Under the pieces are notes generated by a model. The model was not told the origin of the DNA. It saw only the letters and a program-made list of their open reading frames with translations, and did no database searches. DNA of 61,791 bases, filler included, from Sphacelaria rigidula (lineage: Eukaryota): NCBI GenBank assembly GCA_964200075.2. It is 5 parts of 5 records of this genome, joined end to end, with 100 filler letters (N's around TTAATTAATTAA, not from the genome) between each part and the next. Parts side by side here need not be neighbours in the genome. Positions count along the whole stretch, not along the records: positions 24,760 to 37,037 come from CAXNAA020003932.1; positions 37,138 to 49,414 come from CAXNAA020003933.1; 3 more parts are not named here. One strand, given 5' to 3'. Below, piece after piece: positions 24,760-37,214 of the stretch. Each line of letters opens with the position of its first letter. Positions within the stretch are counted from its first letter, which is position 1. The translations under genes were made by a program, and so were the position numbers.

Positions 24760-26340
24760 CGCCGGGGGAAAACAAAACATGGTTGCCCCCCCCCCCCCCC
24801 CCCCACCTCACTATGGCGTGCATGATCATGAGTACACCCCCTCACGAGACTCCTTTGAACCCTATTTCGTTTCACTACTGTAGTTGTACCTAACCTCATC
24901 CCGTAGGAGGGGAAGAGGGAACATGTCCGCGTCGAGGCGAGCGGAGATTTGGGGCGGAGGTGGCAACAGGGAGGACGTATGCTTGTAACCCTCAGACAGC
25001 GAGAGTACCTCATCTGTTGGATCGACATCATTTCACTTGACACAAACTATGCATCATCCACATGGACCATCCTCGCGGTCTAAGGGTTAGTGGGTGGTAT
25101 TCGTTTAGTGACAGAACAAGTCTGGGACTCCGATTCCCGACAATACCGTCCCGACAAGGCGACGAGCGGTGTTTCTAGACCAACCTGTACTTGCGTCTCG
25201 CGCTATACACGTGGTAACTTCGGAGTATCAGTTGGTACGCAAGCGTCTTTGGTTTTGCTACAGAACTCCCCCGAAGTTCGGAAGGGTGAGCGTAGGAAAC
25301 GGGAGCTTACACCCCCCCCCCCCCCGCCCGAGACTGTAACTTGGATCATGACCCTTGCTCGGTTCACTACAGCACTCTCAGTACGTGTCTACCTCGTATC
25401 CCGTGAAGAGGTCTTACAAAGGGGGGTACTGTGAGACGGGACTCCTTTTTTTATATCGATGGTGCGGTCTATCCGAAGACCACGAGGCTGATGATCTAGC
25501 TGGTTAGTCGGTCATCTTGGCGACATGTTCAGTGGCAGCCGGGGTGGAAATCAACCATTGGAGGCGTCGCATTCCCAGGGCAATGGGAGTAGCGACGCGC
25601 AAAAGAAAAAAATGATGTTTCGTTCGTTCCTACTTTTGCCAAGAGGACCCCACACCAGCACTTTTGTTTGCGACGAGTCCAACAATAATGCCCCCTCTGA
25701 AAGCGGCCGAAGGACCAGGAGAGAGAACGAAGAATGGCATTCGCGCTACTTTTTCGGAGAGGGTGAATCTTACGCTCACGCTTACGCTTCTTGCAACTTT
25801 CGAGTTCGTTGATTTTCAGCATATGTTTAGTATTTAGCAGGTTGCAGAGCCTTTAGGGTACTGAAATACGAGGATCGTACGTCATAAGGGAGGGATGTCA
25901 TCAGTCGATTGCAGGATTGCCACTCAAGGTGTGAAGCGCACATGCCTTCCTTGCTGCTTTATCTTCAGTGAGACGTTTCAATATACCGAATACGAGGATC
26001 GTACATGATCGGGAGAGGGCGTCCTTTGTTGGTAGCCGCACTGCCGCTCAAAACGTGTGAACTTGCAAGCCTTCCTTGTTGCGTTCTCTTCAATGAGGCG
26101 TGTGTCGACCTGCGGCTGCTTTTGTGGCCTATACCTTCATAGGTGGCTTTTCGATACCATTATTTTCGGTTTGGCATACGCCACGTGTTCGCGGGTGGGG
26201 ACTACACGATTTTGTATCCCCCCAAAAACTGGACGTCTACATCCCGAATACAAGAGTAGCAGAGCAAGAACAAGAACAAGAACAAGAACAACACAGCACT
26301 CGCAAGGGTCATGCCAACGCCGAGGGAACACTCACATACA

Positions 26341-26489
26341 CGTGTTTAGGCAGTAGACGAGCGTCTTTACACCGGCCGCTGTGAACTCCGAGTCCTCCAG
26401 TTTGTCGCACAGCTGTTCCACCAACGATGTTTTTGCTTCGCATTCAACCTCGCGGTGCGTCGCTTCGATCCTCAATCGTCGGGGAGGGC
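26341..26489 (-). CDS. Possible isolated exon, unknown protein
   Basis: Pyrimidine-rich acceptor ctgtctgtacag|, one open frame PPRRLRIEATHREVECEAKTSLVEQLCDKLEDSEF..., candidate donor gtatgt. The 3' boundary is uncertain. Confidence 0.3.
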
Positions 26490-27026
26490 CTGTACAGACA
26501 GCAGCGGCAGAACGCACGGGAACAGGCACGCGGGATCATCAAGTCAACAGGCTCTCCAGTGTACGAGGATTGCTGGTGGATGCTTCTGTTGAAAAAGCAT
26601 GAAGTAGGAAAACACATGGTCGTGGAACTTCCCAGTCGCTGTGTGCTGATCTTTCGCAAGACCCCCCTCCCCTCTCTCCGTCTTTCATGTCTCTCTTGTT
26701 GTCTCTGTCTGTCTCTGTGTGTCCCCTTCTGTCTTTCTTCGTCTCTCTCTCTCTGTGTCTGTCTCTCTCTAACCCTTCATTACTGTAGTGCGGTCAACGA
26801 AAGTCATATCTGCAGCAAGCCAGGGCAAGTGCTCTCCACCGGGTGCGTTGCGGGTACCATTTCAACGTACTCAAAGTCGCGCACAGGGCCAATTTCTCTG
26901 AAGGGAGGGTGGGGAGAGTCAGGATATGATTCTTCTCGACCGCAACTATTATGTTCGCGGGTTTCGGATCGTTTCGTGATGCTGACGACATGCTATCCTT
27001 CAGCTTAAGGAAAGACGACACATCTT

Positions 27027-27330
27027 CGCCCCGGTGGTCAGAATGAAGAGGGCACACACACACCGAGCTAGTCAGCGGAATATCGCGGATTCGAATCCCG
27101 ACGGATACGATTTTTTTGAGCAAAAACCAAAGTGTTCGGGTCATTGAAAGCGTGAGGATTCGAGGAACGACAGAAAATTCGACGAGAGTCGACAAGGTGC
27201 GAGGGTGCTACTCCATTCCGCGATGACTACAAAATGCCAGGCAGGTATCGAGGGGGAAGGAACGAGTTGATCCTTTGACACTGCGTACTGACTCGTCTCG
27301 AGGAAAGAGGAGGTTTAAAACGATAAACGT
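27027..27330 (+). mobile_element. Divergent family-1-related SINE
   Basis: cgccccggtggtc head, B box ggattcgaatccc and a 3' part (gttgatcc...gactcgtc..gaggaaagaggaggtttaaa) resembling family 1. Confidence 0.6.
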
Positions 27331-27821
27331 TGGGGGAAAGAAAACGAGCTAGTTTGAATCGATATTGTACATTCTTTTCATTTCCTATCCATGGAAGACT
27401 CTCATCTCGCAAGACTGCCAGTCACCTCTGCGGTCCCACAATATGTCTCAAGCGAAGAAATCGGCGTACTCCTTCCCCCGCCCCCCTCCCCCGTCCGTTC
27501 ATCACATCTAATCCGCACATACTTCGCGAGTATTTATTGCACATCTTGCTGGATGAAACAAGGACAGTGAAACGGTATACAGAACCTTCCGGGGGAAATG
27601 GAGAAGGCAAGAAAATCACTCGTGTAATGTCAACGGTCGAGGGGAGGAATTGATCCTTCAGAAACCACAGATGCCCTGTTCACCCTGCGTGGACCATCGG
27701 TCAACAAGGGGCAGTAGCAGCACACTAGCATCGAGTGGTTGTTCCTCAGGGATTCTCTAATACCAGACCTGTTGGAAAAATCTCGTAACTGCAGTGATTC
27801 TTTACGTACTACGGAGGAATG

Positions 27822-28000
27822 CGCCGCGGTGGCCAAAACGGTACCCGCCGGCCAGTCTGGGTGGAATAGTATCGCGATGCGGGAGTGGTCTGACCCAATC
27901 TGCGATGATACCAGAAAATTTAGGTATATACCAGGGGGGATGTGCGGGTAATTCTCTTTAACTTAGGGACTCGTTTCGAGGGAGAGGAGGTATCAAAAGT
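27822..28000 (+). mobile_element. Internally deleted family-1-related SINE
   Basis: cgggagtggtctgacccaatctgcga matches family-1 cgggagtgctgacccaatccgcga, followed by a family-1-like 3' end. Confidence 0.55.
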
Positions 28001-28104
28001 ATGGCAAGTATAAACATGAACATATATTAATGGGTACATGCAATGCCGTCCGGCTCAGACGACGTTTTTTTTTGTGTGTGTGTTTTGCTAATTCATGAGA
28101 TGTG

Positions 28105-28575
28105 TAAAAAATGATTCCTCGACGGACACTCGTGGAAAATTTCCCTTCTATGTGGTGGTTCACACATCACCCCACCCCTTTTTCAGCGCCCTCTTTCGTT
28201 CTTTGAACTAGAAGAGGCTTGTAGGAGTAACCTCTTTCGCCGGCTAGCGGGAGGATGTACACCATTTTTCACCTATCGTGTACCTGTGTTAGGTCCCCAA
28301 GCAAATAACGTCCACACAAGATGTTCCCGTGTGTCTCTGAACTCTGCTTCGAAGTTATTCATCACTTGTATGGTCCCCCACCACTCATACGACCTTTTCG
28401 TCCCGACTTGAATTTACGTCGAATTTTTTGTGGGAGCTGGGATTCGAACCCGGGACCTTCTGTCTATGAAGGGTATGACGTATTTCACTGGTGTCGCCAG
28501 TTTGAAAAGATGATTCCTCGAAGAACACATGTGGGAAAAAATTCCCCTCTATGTGGCGGTTACCACAGATGATCT
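28105..28575 (-). mobile_element. tRNA-headed SINE, family 3, preceded by the 3' end of a second copy
   Basis: B box gggttcgaatccc on - at ~28439-28451. A ~60-bp end segment is duplicated at 28109-28168 and 28508-28570. Confidence 0.55.
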
Positions 28576-28599
28576 CTTTTGAGGAAGAGGAAAATCATG

Positions 28600-29520
28600 T
28601 CACAAACCTACTGACGGCACAGTCTTAGAAACAAGCAACTACAGGAGCGTATGATCAACTTTCCCTCCACGATATAAGCAAAACAAAAACACCTGAAGAC
28701 GAACAAGCGGCGTTGGCACTTTACGAAAACACACACGGAAAACACACACATGGTGCAGCTGCGAAGATTGGCAGTAAAAAACTTGCGTAATGACCATGAA
28801 AAAACATACCGAATAAAACTCGCCGTAAAAGGCTCGCCAGTTCCTAGAGGCGACGGCAGCTGCACGTCCCCGATACCGCGGCGAACCCGTGCGACTTCCC
28901 CACAGTATTATCGTCCTGTTTCTTGCCATTATTCTCCCTTTTTTCCGTGTCCCGATCCCTTGTTTCCGTCTGGCACCTTGTTCTGGGACGAATGTGGGGG
29001 AAGGATGGGGGAATGCGGGGGGGGTGAGGGCTTCCAAGGTGTCACACTGTAGAAAAGGTATACTACCAAGCACAGCTTACGGAAACGTGACGGGCGATCG
29101 AGAAACATGACAGGTAGTACAACAATGAAAAAACAACGACCACTAGCTCGCGTGCAAGTGATGAAAAAGCGATACCACAAAAACAGACTTTGCAGCGGAG
29201 GAAAAAACAAATGGAGAAAAAACGTGCACTGAATTTATCGCCACGTCGCTCTCCAAGTATTCCATGCATGTATGGTCGCGGGAGTTGACATCCAACACGA
29301 CAAAACGAAAAATAGATGAGCACGACATAAACAGACAGAACACACCGCTCTGCAACAAGAGGGCGTCCTACGTATCTACGACCCTGACCGTAGACTCGTC
29401 CCTTGGCTGAACGATATCATCGTGTGCTTCCAACCGCTCGGGCTGCAAGGCACTAAACGTCTACGGGTTTAACAAAAAGAGACAGGAGATCCACGAGAGT
29501 ACAGGCTGGTTGAGGGTGAA
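28600..29520 (-). mobile_element. Probable LINE 3' remnant (UTR-like)
   Basis: Long T-rich UTR-like tracts on -, similar in style to 9410-9735 and 55760-56400. No intact coding. Confidence 0.35.
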
Positions 29521-30764
29521 CGACCAAAACTTACTCTCCAGTGATTTCTCACGCCGGATTTTCGAGTTAGACCCTGAAATTTTACACACGGGTGTTATGG
29601 GATATTGACAAGACCTGTATAATTTTTTTTTCTTTCTATATTCCGCCAGCTATCCGGGGTCCCAGAAGGTTGTGTCAGACCTCGCCTTTCGGAACCTTGG
29701 ATACCTGGCAAAATACACAAAAAACCGAGAAAAATGAACGTTTATACAGTTTTTGAATACCCCGGTCATGTGCAAAGTTTCAAGGTCTAACTCCAAAACC
29801 CAGCGCGGAAAATAGCCCGTATGTGCTTTGAAGTTTACAAACGTACGTGAAACCCCGCTAATTACTTGATAATAGTGCACTGCCGACGTTTTCCTTGTGC
29901 ACACGAGCTCACATCGACCATTTGGAACCAGCTTTTCGAGTGACGCAACGAAACTTTGTACAAGCGCCCCTCAAACTACCTCGGGGCGAGTCAAGTTTGT
30001 GTTTTTTTCATTTTGAGGCGATCTTCACGGAAGACGCTAGGGAGTGGATAAACTTTGCAATATTCTTGAACGTTTTTTTTTTTTTGTGTCACCCATTTTT
30101 ATCAAACCGTCAAGTTTGGGGATGATGATGCAGAAATATGACGTATCTTTTGCTTCAAGCCGCTGGGAGGTGTTGACGCAGCCGTTTCGGCGACCCACGG
30201 CGTTTTGTGCGCAGCGTGGCTTGAAAGGATGATTCTACGCGGTAATGCAGGGATTCCGATATTTTCAACACTTTCTAATGATAATTATACAGGGTAACGA
30301 TATGAAATCCGCGCTAAGCCTGGGATAGATCTTGCCGGCCTTGTTGTTAAGGTCGCCCCCCTGTCGGTCGAGGTCGGCACCAAGACGGGAAACAACCACC
30401 GGATAAGGTTCGCCGTATGTTGGAGGCAGTGTTCTTGGGTACTCCGTGTCGAGCAAAGACGCGGCCGCACAGCGTAGCCAAATAGGAGAGCGTATTCCGC
30501 CAAGGACCACTGCGGACATATTCGGGCTCGGAGCAACGTTTCCTCCCTCACAGTGCCAGACTTAGCGTGGCGATTACCACGACAGGGGCGATAATTGTAG
30601 TTTTCTTCTATCAGAACAAACCCGATATTCTTACGGGGGTTGCTCCCACGAGGAGATATGGATCTTCCTCCAACAGGCACGTGATCGCCCTTTCTAATTA
30701 TACTTGGTTCCAGAATAGGACAGAGTACAGGTTGCAGTGCGAAAAAAATCGCACCTTGCCCAAT

Positions 30765-30985
30765 AATATATGGTCAATGGTTGCAATTTACAAAAAATGT
30801 ACTGCGTAAAGTATGGGCCTATCGAATGACAATAATGTACGGTCAATGGTTGCAATGGACAAGAAATGTACCGGGTAAAGTATATGGACAAGAAATCTAC
30901 TGCGTAAAGTATGGGCCTATTTGAAATAGGCCTATACTTCACGCAGTACATTGCTTGTCCATGGCAATCATTGACCATATGTGTT
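30765..30985. repeat. ~70-bp tandem repeat plus an inverted copy forming a hairpin centred near 30923
   Basis: ggtcaatggttgcaat...tactgcgtaaagtatgggcctat is repeated, then mirrored as ataggcctatacttcacgcagtac...gcaatcattgacc. Confidence 0.8.
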
Positions 30986-32767
30986 GTCCAAGGTCTGAAA
31001 AAATTCCACCGATGGATCGCGGGTATTCTAGCCCCGCAGAGGCATTATTCGCATCGTGCAGTCGGAACTACAACAGTACTCGTTGTACTGCCACTACGAA
31101 CACACAGTGTCAACTTCGTCGGGCATGAACGTGGCGGGATCCATTTCGTGCGAAAAACGCTTTTCACCTCCGCAGTGATACGCATATGTGAATCAATACT
31201 GCTCTCAATAGACTGTCTTCAGTTCTCTCGTTTCATGTCAAATGCCAAACTCTCCACTACTACTGAAACGGCGGGCATGATTATTAAGGAAAATGAACTA
31301 AATAAAGGTACCCAAACCAGCGTGCGACCCGAATGCACATAAGTACGCCAACAACACATAACATATATGGGCAACAAGAGTCACCATGACGTGGCATCAA
31401 GTTACCTCAACAAAGATACCCCGGCCATCACTCATGCGTGTCCAGGCTGGCCATTGTATGCATGGGCACTTATCTCACGACTTTGGCGGTGGTGCAGCAG
31501 TACAAATGTATATGCACGGAAGCTGTGGTAAGGTGCCATGGTTGATTGCTCCTCAGCATATTGTCGATTGGGTGGAGAAGTCGGTCGATTCCCTCGCCTT
31601 TATATCAATCTAGCATTTTTGCTAGCTCTCGGGAGTACAACTGTCGCGTGTAGCCCTCTGTGTCCTGCTGATAATGCATGCGTCCAAGAGCTGCGAACTG
31701 GGCTTGCGTATCTGCGAGCTGATCATGCGACCTGTAAGATATTTAATTCAACAGGCAGGGATGAAAATCAGCGGACCGCGCGGACAAGTATTTTTGAGGT
31801 TCAGTCAGCGCGCCAAACGTCACAAGTAACCAAGATCGCCACGCGGACACTACATTGTGTCGCCTTGCTTCCCAATTCAAGTTCTTCTTGCTCAGTGTCG
31901 AAGAAGCGACGGCTGCAACATTCGACGGAACATCCACGCACTCCTATCTTGCGCGCTGCCAGAACCAAAATCTGAGATTGAAATTCATAGAAATCTTGCT
32001 ATCTTGGGTGCTTGATTCAGACGGTGCGGCAGTAGCAAGTGCCATCGGTTCCTTTATCCTTTGTCAAGTCAGGAGGTATACCTTGTGGTAGGTGTACACA
32101 CAGTCATCAACGAAGACCTGTTTTTTGTTCACAGCGACAGAACAAACATGAGTCGTCCAAGCACTCGCCAGCAGAGGCAGGCGAAGCTCTTGTCATCCGA
32201 CGGGTGGAACTTCGGGGACCTCGACATGCGGCAGGTGTGCACGGGGGTGTTTCGTTGCCATGCGCTCGTTCAACATCAGGGTGGGCGGTTCGAAAGCAGT
32301 CTAGGATTGACGGGGGGCAAGCGCGTCAGCGCACAGTAGCAGCGTCATTTCCCCCGTCAAACGGATACAACAGTACAACAGGTTCAACATGATGATAGTA
32401 TGATCTGCGAGGACAAAGCTGCCTTGCAGACGGACGCCCGCGACGGAGCTCTCAGCGGATACAAACTTGCTCGTGTAGCAGCATTTTAGCGGGATGGGGG
32501 ACTGAGGGGCCGGGGGTTTGACACCAGTAATTTCGAAAAAAAATCTTCAGAGCAGCACTTGACTTCTGTTGACCGTCGTGAAGATCTCGGAAACTTGTCA
32601 ACCGTATTTTCTATGCATATCGTTTTGTCACGACGGCGCAGTGTACCTGCAGTACGTATCAATCCCAGTCTTCACGTGTGTTTTGCGCTCTTCTTCTCTA
32701 ATGCCGACCTTCACTTCCACGCACGCGTAGGTAGGCACCCGCCGCCAGCTCCAGAAGCAACAGCATA

Positions 32768-33618
32768 GAGAACTACGCCCAAGGCCGCGCAAAACGCCGA
32801 CGGTTACAAAGAAAAAACGGGGAGGAGCCACATGCAAGCGCGGTGGCAGCAGCCAGCAACAGTTCAAGAAGGGATCCGCCGCAAACAACCTCCAGACCAC
32901 GGCCCATGCACGTCGAGCAACTACAGTTGCTCCTACCACTGAAAGGATGACCCGCTCTTCGGCTCGCCGCACAGAAATCACTGGCGCACCGGGCCGCTCC
33001 GCCGATGAGAGCCGCGGAAACATCGACAAGTCCACGGCAGACACAGCGCCAAGCGTGTGCCGCAGCCAACAACCAGCCCTCCGACCGAGCCACAACCGAG
33101 TGGCGGCAGCTGGCAGGAGAGCGCCTGCCGCCCCCAGGCGCCGCAACCCCTTCGCAGCAGCCATGAAGCCACCCACTGCAAACAGAACCTCGTCGCCGCG
33201 TCAGCCCGCTACTGCCCTTCAAAGGCTGAGGAGGGTGATTCCCTTCGCAAGACGTACCGGCCCGCGCGTGAACTCGCAAACCCATGAGTCGGACACCGTC
33301 ATCACTACAGACGGGGCACTTTTCTCTCCTGTATCCCTCGTGACCACACCGGCGAGATTTATCCGCGGTGTGGTGGGTACTTCGGTGCAGTCTCTACGCA
33401 CAGCGCTGTTCGGCGTGGAAAAACAAGAGGAGGTCGGCGGCGGCGGTGACTTGAGGGAGGGCGCCAGCAAGAATGACGCGGGGTTGAGCGAGGGTGGTGG
33501 CGAGGGTGACGGAGGCTCAGTTTCAGGGGATGGGGTGAGGAGCGGCGAGGCGGAGCGGAGGGACAACCCGGAGGCGGCGATGGTGCGGCGCGCACGGAGG
33601 CGGCCTAGCCAGCGATAA
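32768..33618 (+). pseudogene. Low-complexity ORF of unknown function, probably TE-associated
   Basis: Open GC-rich frame (223 aa from 32947), Arg/Ala/Gly-rich, running into a minisatellite. No domain recognised. Confidence 0.3.
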
Positions 33619-33649
33619 CCGGTGGATAGATACATCGTGGTGGGAGGGC

Positions 33650-34100
33650 ATAGCAAGACAGGGATGACGGGGCGGCGGGAAGGAAGGGTATCATCGCTCG
33701 TGACAGCCGTGGATGGGGGTACGGAGTACGGCTGAGCAGGGTGACGGGTTCTCGAAGATGGCGGTGGGCTGGAGGAGGGAAAGATGGATGACGGAGTGGC
33801 AGGAAGGAAGGGTATTACTTGTCTGGCAGTTGTGGATGGGGGTACGGAGTACGGATGAGCAGGGTGAGGGGCCTCGAAGATGGCGGTGGGCTGGACGAGG
33901 GGTAGATAGATGACCAGGTGGCAGGAAGGAAGGGCATTACTTGCCTGGCAGTTGCGGATGAGGGTGGTGGGTGGGGCTGAGCAGGGTGACGGGTTTTCGA
34001 AGATGGCGATAGGTTGGAGGAGGGATAGATGGATACGACAACCGTGTATGAGATGACCAAGTAGACACAAGGCGGGGAAAGGCGGGGTGAGAAGAATCAG
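33650..34100. repeat. ~121-bp minisatellite, 3-4 copies
   Basis: ggaaggaagggtattactt...gagcagggtga...cgaagatggcg repeated near 33677, 33798 and 33920. Confidence 0.85.
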
Positions 34101-37037
34101 CAGCATTGGGTCGACTTGATTTTTCACGACTGTGGAGAGGGGCAGGCTGTGCATGAGGAGGGTACGTGCTCCTTGTGATTGTGTACAAACTACGCTATCT
34201 GGCAGTTGTTACGCATAGCGCTGTTCGGCGATAACGCAAGGGGGGGAGATATAGACACAGGTGGCGACAGGAGAAAGCCGGCATTAGGCAGGGATGGGCC
34301 GTGAGCTGACGAAACGGCCGCAGACCCACGACAGGGAGCGGGGTGGAAGCGGCGATGGGGGCGGGGCGAAGAGCCGGCGGATGGGTGAGTAGGGGGAGGA
34401 AAAGGTGTGTGATGATCTCAGGATAAGGGGCCGGGAGGCAGGGCACCGTTCAGATGGTAGTCCTGCAGGAGGGCAATGGGTGTGGCCGAGCGGGGTAAGG
34501 CGGATTCGAAGATGGCGGCGTGGTGAAGGAGGACCACCGGTGCGGTATGTGTGTGGATGAGACGGACAGAGATACGAATAGCCACGGTAGGGAAACAATG
34601 GTCGTGGTAGGTGGGATAGGGGAAAATGCGTTGGCTTGATCAAGGCAATGCAAAGAAGCAAACCGTGTGGGGGTGGGCTACGCACATTTCATTTTTGTAG
34701 ACCTGTGCGCGCCACGCGATTGATGTGTTGTAGTCAGCGAGACTTTGAGTATGTCGCGGAGTTGTGCAGGTATTGTCATTATTGTGGAATTGCTGTATAT
34801 GAGGAGTTCATTTCCAGTCTTCCAGTCTGTGAACATATTTCTTTCATTGGACGGTAGTCGTGCTTGTCGTTAGTTATTGTTCACGTGTGTTTGGCGTTTG
34901 TTTTTGCGGTTGTAGCGGGGTGTGGCCTCTTGATGCTTCTTTTCCTCGCGAAATTGGTGACTCGACCCAGCGAGCGAGCACCAGGTGACACGTGTTGTAG
35001 GAAGTCAGCATAGACAGGAGAGCATGAGCATACACACATATGTAAATGTGTGTTGCGAATCGGATGCTAGCAACGACAGAAGAGAACAACCGCCAAATCA
35101 AATGGTTCGTGGTTGTTGAAACTAACGATCATCGCATTTTGAGCGCCGTCAGATTGGGTGTCAGATTTTGCTTTGGCAGCGCTGACGAAGCGAGATGGCC
35201 ACAACCTTGAATCGACCAACATACTTTTAGAACGATATCAATCACCATATCCAGGGTAACACAAACCGGGGCCTGATGCAGAGGGAAACGCAGTTGGCCT
35301 CGACACATGCTGACACACATAGAGATGTGTGACGTGTTTCCCGAGTTGTTCAATCCAAAGCAAGTTTACTACTGCAGTACACACGCTGGGTGCATACAAA
35401 CACGGAAGTGGTGATGGTGCACCCCGCCAGCATTCAACATCGCTCATCGCCTGCTCAACACGACGTGCAAACAATGGCTAGAAACTGTCGTCACATGCAT
35501 CCAATATACTATGCACATCTCGAGAGCTCGTCACCTCGTCTCGACAGCTATACCACGCGCCACAGGCCAGAGCGATGCGGTTTTGAAAAGGTCTCGGTGG
35601 GAAGGTATTCGGGGGCATGCCCCCCACGGTCAGTCCCGTCGTATTAATCCAGAGATGGCTGTATTCGATCTGGTGAAACATCCACACCCCGACTGGATGG
35701 ACCGATGAGCCTCTCAGGTACCTACCTCTTCCCCCGCAATCTGTTTAGTCAGATCGACGCTGACCGAGCAATGTTGAGATTTTACAATCTCGTGCATCTT
35801 TTCATTACAACACCATCGGCTTTGGGCGTCAAAGAGGCCACACGGACGCTTCGGGAAAACAGAGACGCCGTCCGCCACCTGACTACAGAAGCATAAGAGG
35901 CATGCAGTATACTTCCTCTGACCCATACTGTACGTATAGTCACTTATGGGGCGCAGATCGTATCTCCTCACCGAAAGTGTCTCCGAAACTGTAGATGGGT
36001 TCATTGAAAGTAAGCACTCACGAAGATGCTCGCGAGAAAGACGGAATCGAAGCAATGGAAATAAGAACTTCAGGACGAATTTACCCAAATTTTGGATTTG
36101 AACTTTTTTCTAGATCCAGACCCCTTACAGTACGACAATCAATCAAATCAATCAAATCAGATCAAATCTAGTTTTGTTTCAGAATTGTCCGCTTTTTCAA
36201 GCCAGAAAAGAGGAAGTGTACCTCGTGAGCACAACGTCCCTCAGTTTCCAAGACTTGTTTGTCGGCCCCCCGTCCCCCCGTCCCGCCCCGACGGTATGGT
36301 TTTGTGTCTGCAAAACACACGCTACTCTCTCCTTACTGATGCCCGCAGTATTAAATATAGACCGGGAAAATCACACGGCGGATAGCAACGCGTGGCCTCC
36401 TCTGTTTGAAATACTATCGCCACGATGGCTATTCGGTGCGACGTATGCCCGTTGACTTTGGGTACGACCAGCAACCATTGTACCTGTCGAACAGTGTCCC
36501 AGGCACACCGGCCTAAAACAGAAACATCTTGCCCCTATCTGCTGTGCTGGTGTTGTTCATGTCGAACGACGCTCCAAAAACACTTGTCTGAAATAGAAAG
36601 CACGCCTTGCTCCTTTTCACCGTCAAGATCAAACTCCAAACAGCGATGGTGCGCAAGGTATGTGTCGTTGTCCTGTGCACGCACCACGAAGAAAAATATA
36701 TAGCTATCGGAACCACACGGTCGAACAAAATAGTAGGCACACGAATGACATTGGCAAATATTGACACGGTACACGTAGACACAATCATGCAGCAGCTCTT
36801 TCGAAGCGATGTGTGTATGAGGGTAAGTAACGCGCTGTGCAGCAAGGGCGTCGTTACCCCTTCCCTCGTCTTCTTCCTCTGTATTTTGACACACCGGCAT
36901 ATGACCCCGCTCCTGTGACCTTGCGTCTGTCAGAACCGCCTACACTGCAAAAGAACAGTGAACATCTTCGTGCCAGATACATCTTCGATGGTCTCAAGAA
37001 CAGGGGCACAGGGCAAGGGGTGCGGGGAAGGGGTGGG

Positions 37038-37137
37038 NNNNNNNNNNNNNNNNNNNNNNNNNNNNNNNNNNNNNNNNNNNNTTAATTAATTAANNNNNNN
37101 NNNNNNNNNNNNNNNNNNNNNNNNNNNNNNNNNNNNN
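37038..37137. other. Artificial scaffold-join linker
   Basis: N44-TTAATTAATTAA-N44. Confidence 0.99.
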
Positions 37138-37214
37138 ACCTTTGCTCACGTCTCGCATTTCCCCCTCTTCACCAGGAGGGGGGGGGGGGGGTGAAATACC
37201 AGTAGACACAACTT

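Noticed and set aside
24760-26650. Final OGT exon(s) downstream of the linker
   Set aside because: This is a different scaffold, and no convincing OGT C-terminal motif was found.
27845-27899. Minus-strand exon IGSDHSRIAILFHPDWPAG that is phase-compatible with 26341-26489
   Set aside because: It is the antisense of a family-1-related SINE, so the fit is probably coincidental. Exonisation cannot be excluded without RNA-seq.
30265-30680. Minus-strand exon
   Set aside because: Two overlapping frames are equally plausible, with no clear donor site and no recognisable motif.
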